Shown: positions 62,285 to 64,000 of the stretch, piece after piece | How the letters are laid out: every line of letters starts with the position of its first letter | Numbering within the stretch: position 1 is the stretch's first letter | Assembly: GCA_963771885.1 (NCBI GenBank) | Contig: CAVYVF010000023.1 | Span: 608,001-672,000, forward strand | DNA from: Candidatus Bathyarchaeota archaeon | GTDB lineage: Archaea; Thermoproteota; Bathyarchaeia; TCS64 | Reading direction: 5' to 3' | Length of the DNA stretch: 64,000 bases | Position numbers and translations under genes: made by a program | Notes under the pieces: model-generated | The model's database searches: none | Told to the model about the DNA's origin: nothing | Seen by the model: only the letters and a program-made list of their open reading frames with translations

Positions 62285-62438
62285 ATGAGGTTATTATCAG
62301 ACGAAACTTCAAGCGACAGGCGTTATTGGCTTCGACGAGAAATTTAGCGGAGGCATACTGGAGGGCAAGGTGATCTTCGTATGCAGCGCGCATGAGCGAT
62401 CTATTCATGATACTGGAACCTATGTTGAACGCTCATGA
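62285..62438 (+). CDS. Possible small hypothetical protein (~50 aa, needs one indel) or gene remnant
   Basis: ATG at 62285 then frame YYQTKLQATGVIGFDEKFSGGILEGKVIFVCSAHERSIHDTGTYVERS*; TATA-like ATATTAAG upstream. Confidence 0.3.
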
Positions 62439-62474
62439 CCGTGACTCTGGAAACCCCGTTCATCAATTCCGCGC

Positions 62475-62639
62475 TTACATCAAGCGATAATCGACTCTGT
62501 ATAGCTTCAGATAGTCCTGTGGACCATCCGCGCCTCTCATAACTGTACCGTCGACGTAGGACAAATTCACTCTGTTAAGGATACCGAGGAACTCCTCTTC
62601 GGATATCCTTGTGCGCGCGCCAATTGTAAGCCCTCGCAC
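62475..62639 (-). CDS. Small hypothetical protein (54 aa)
   Basis: GTG-started MRGLTIGARTRISEEEFLGILNRVNLSYVDGTVMRGADGPQDYLKLYRVDYRLM*, divergent from aIF2gamma. Confidence 0.4.
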   Translation of the reverse strand: MRGLTIGARTRISEEEFLGILNRVNLSYVDGTVMRGADGPQDYLKLYRVDYRLM

Positions 62640-62691
62640 CTCTCGTGGAAGGCGCTTCGATAAATGTATTTAAGAGGGGGCGGGTCAATGT

Positions 62692-63954
62692 TTGAGTCCA
62701 GCGCAGGGGATAATCATACCTAAGTTAGTAAAGCAGCCCGAGGTAAACATCGGCACGATCGGTCACGTAGACCACGGAAAGACGACGCTCGTACAGGCGA
62801 TCACGGGCCAGTGGGCATCAAAGCACAGCGAGGAGCTGAAGAGGGGCATCACCATCAAACTCGGATACGCCGACTTCGCCATCTACAAATGCCCCGACTG
62901 CGAGGAGCCCAAGTGCTTCTGTTCGTCCCCCGAATGCGCCGGCTGCGGCAAGAAGGCCGAGTTCCAGCGCGCCATCAGCTTCGTAGACGCCCCCGGTCAC
63001 GAGATACTGATGGCGACGATGCTCTCAGGTGCAGCTGTCATGGATGGAGCCATACTGGTCATCGCGGCCAACGAGAAGTGCCCACAGCCTCAGACGCGCG
63101 AGCACCTCGCCGCCATCGACACGCTAGGCCTTAAGAACCTGATAATCGTCCAGAACAAGATTGACCTCGTTAAACGCGAGGACGCGGTAAAAAGCTACAA
63201 CGATATAGTGAAATTCGTAGATGGCACAGTGGCGGAGGAAGCCCCTATAATCCCCGTCTCTGCGCAGCACCAGCTCAACATAGACATGCTCCTACAGGCG
63301 ATACAGGAGTACTTGCCCACGCCGAAGCGGGACCCCAAAAAACCCGGGCGTATGCACATCGTAAGGAGCTTCGACGTCAACAACCCCGGCACATTCATCG
63401 AGGACCTCAGCGGAGGCGTCCTCGGCGGCAGCATCTACCAGGGTAGCTTCAAGGTAGGCGACGAGGTCGAGATAAAACCCGGTCTCCCAACACGCGACAA
63501 AAACAAGCTCAAAATGAAGGAACTCGTGACCGAGATCACCAGCCTGCACATCGGGGGAACGACCCTTGAAGAAGCAATACCTGGTGGACTAGTCGGCATC
63601 GGAACCCTACTCGACCCGAGCATCAGTAAGAGCGACGGCCTCGTAGGTAGCCTCCTCGGAAAACCAGGTACGCTCCCCGAGGTGAGGGACGAGCTATCCA
63701 TGAAGGTCAAGCTGTTCGGAAGCGTCATCGGGAGCAAGGATCAGGAGAAGGTGGCGGGCATCGCCAAAGGTGAAAAACTTCTCCTCAACGTCGGCACAGC
63801 CAAGACCATGGCGGACGTCACCGCTGTAAAGAAAGACTACCTCGAGGCAAAGCTCACGATCCCCATCTGCGGCGAAGAGACCGACAGAGTGGCACTGAGC
63901 AGAAGAGTAGATGGACGCTGGCGCCTAATCGGAGCCGGAGTCCTGACCAACTGA
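62692..63954 (+). CDS. eif2g: Translation initiation factor 2 subunit gamma
   Basis: QPEVNIG..GHVDHGKTT, HSEELKRGITIKLGY, DAPGHE and RWRLIG motifs. Confidence 0.97.
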   Translation: MSPAQGIIIPKLVKQPEVNIGTIGHVDHGKTTLVQAITGQWASKHSEELKRGITIKLGYADFAIYKCPDCEEPKCFCSSPECAGCGKKAEFQRAISFVDAPGHEILMATMLSGAAVMDGAILVIAANEKCPQPQTREHLAAIDTLGLKNLIIVQNKIDLVKREDAVKSYNDIVKFVDGTVAEEAPIIPVSAQHQLNIDMLLQAIQEYLPTPKRDPKKPGRMHIVRSFDVNNPGTFIEDLSGGVLGGSIYQGSFKVGDEVEIKPGLPTRDKNKLKMKELVTEITSLHIGGTTLEEAIPGGLVGIGTLLDPSISKSDGLVGSLLGKPGTLPEVRDELSMKVKLFGSVIGSKDQEKVAGIAKGEKLLLNVGTAKTMADVTAVKKDYLEAKLTIPICGEETDRVALSRRVDGRWRLIGAGVLTN

Positions 63955-64000
63955 TGACGCCCCGGAAACCTATCCGGGTCTTATTGGACACTAACTTCCT
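63954..64000 (+). CDS. PIN-domain protein (Fcf1/Utp24-like), 5' fragment
   Basis: MTPRKPIRVLLDTNF; TGATG overlap with aIF2gamma, the usual neighbour. Confidence 0.75.
   Translation, partial: MTPRKPIRVLLDTNF

Overview
Archaeal chromosomal window, GC-rich, with TATA/BRE promoters and many TTG/GTG starts. The unsplit rpoB, fused rpoA'/A'' and gene content best fit a TACK lineage, most likely Bathyarchaeia (inference). Most of it is core information-processing genes: RNAP subunits B, A, F, L, TFS, NusA, PriL/PriS/GINS, SRP54, Csl4, Dph2, Lsm, Nop10, aIF2alpha/gamma, aIF5B, r-proteins L21e, L10e, L37e, L30e, L44e, S27e, S6e, Hsp20-CDC48 and tRNA-Val(CAC). These are interleaved with peptide/amino-acid fermentation genes (M28, S9, M20 and M24 peptidases, Liv-type ABC transporter, aminotransferase, RidA, AOR plus ferredoxin, ActP) and a cupin-MTHFR-split-MetE operon. 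About a dozen single-base frameshifts, including in rpoB, rpoA, L30e and nop10, most likely reflect assembly indel errors. No CRISPR array, transposase or integrase was seen. The most unusual unexplained signals are four. (1) An exactly 11-bp-phased array of six GTAT(C/A) repeats (37752-37817) lies upstream of an unannotated small protein ending in a KPGRPK motif. (2) A long stem-loop 5' leader occupies the position where rpoH normally precedes rpoB. (3) A C2H2 zinc-finger protein carries a histone-H1-like Lys/Ala/Pro tail. (4) Several small ORFs are missing from the ORF track, including a 40-aa Cys/His protein between priL and priS.
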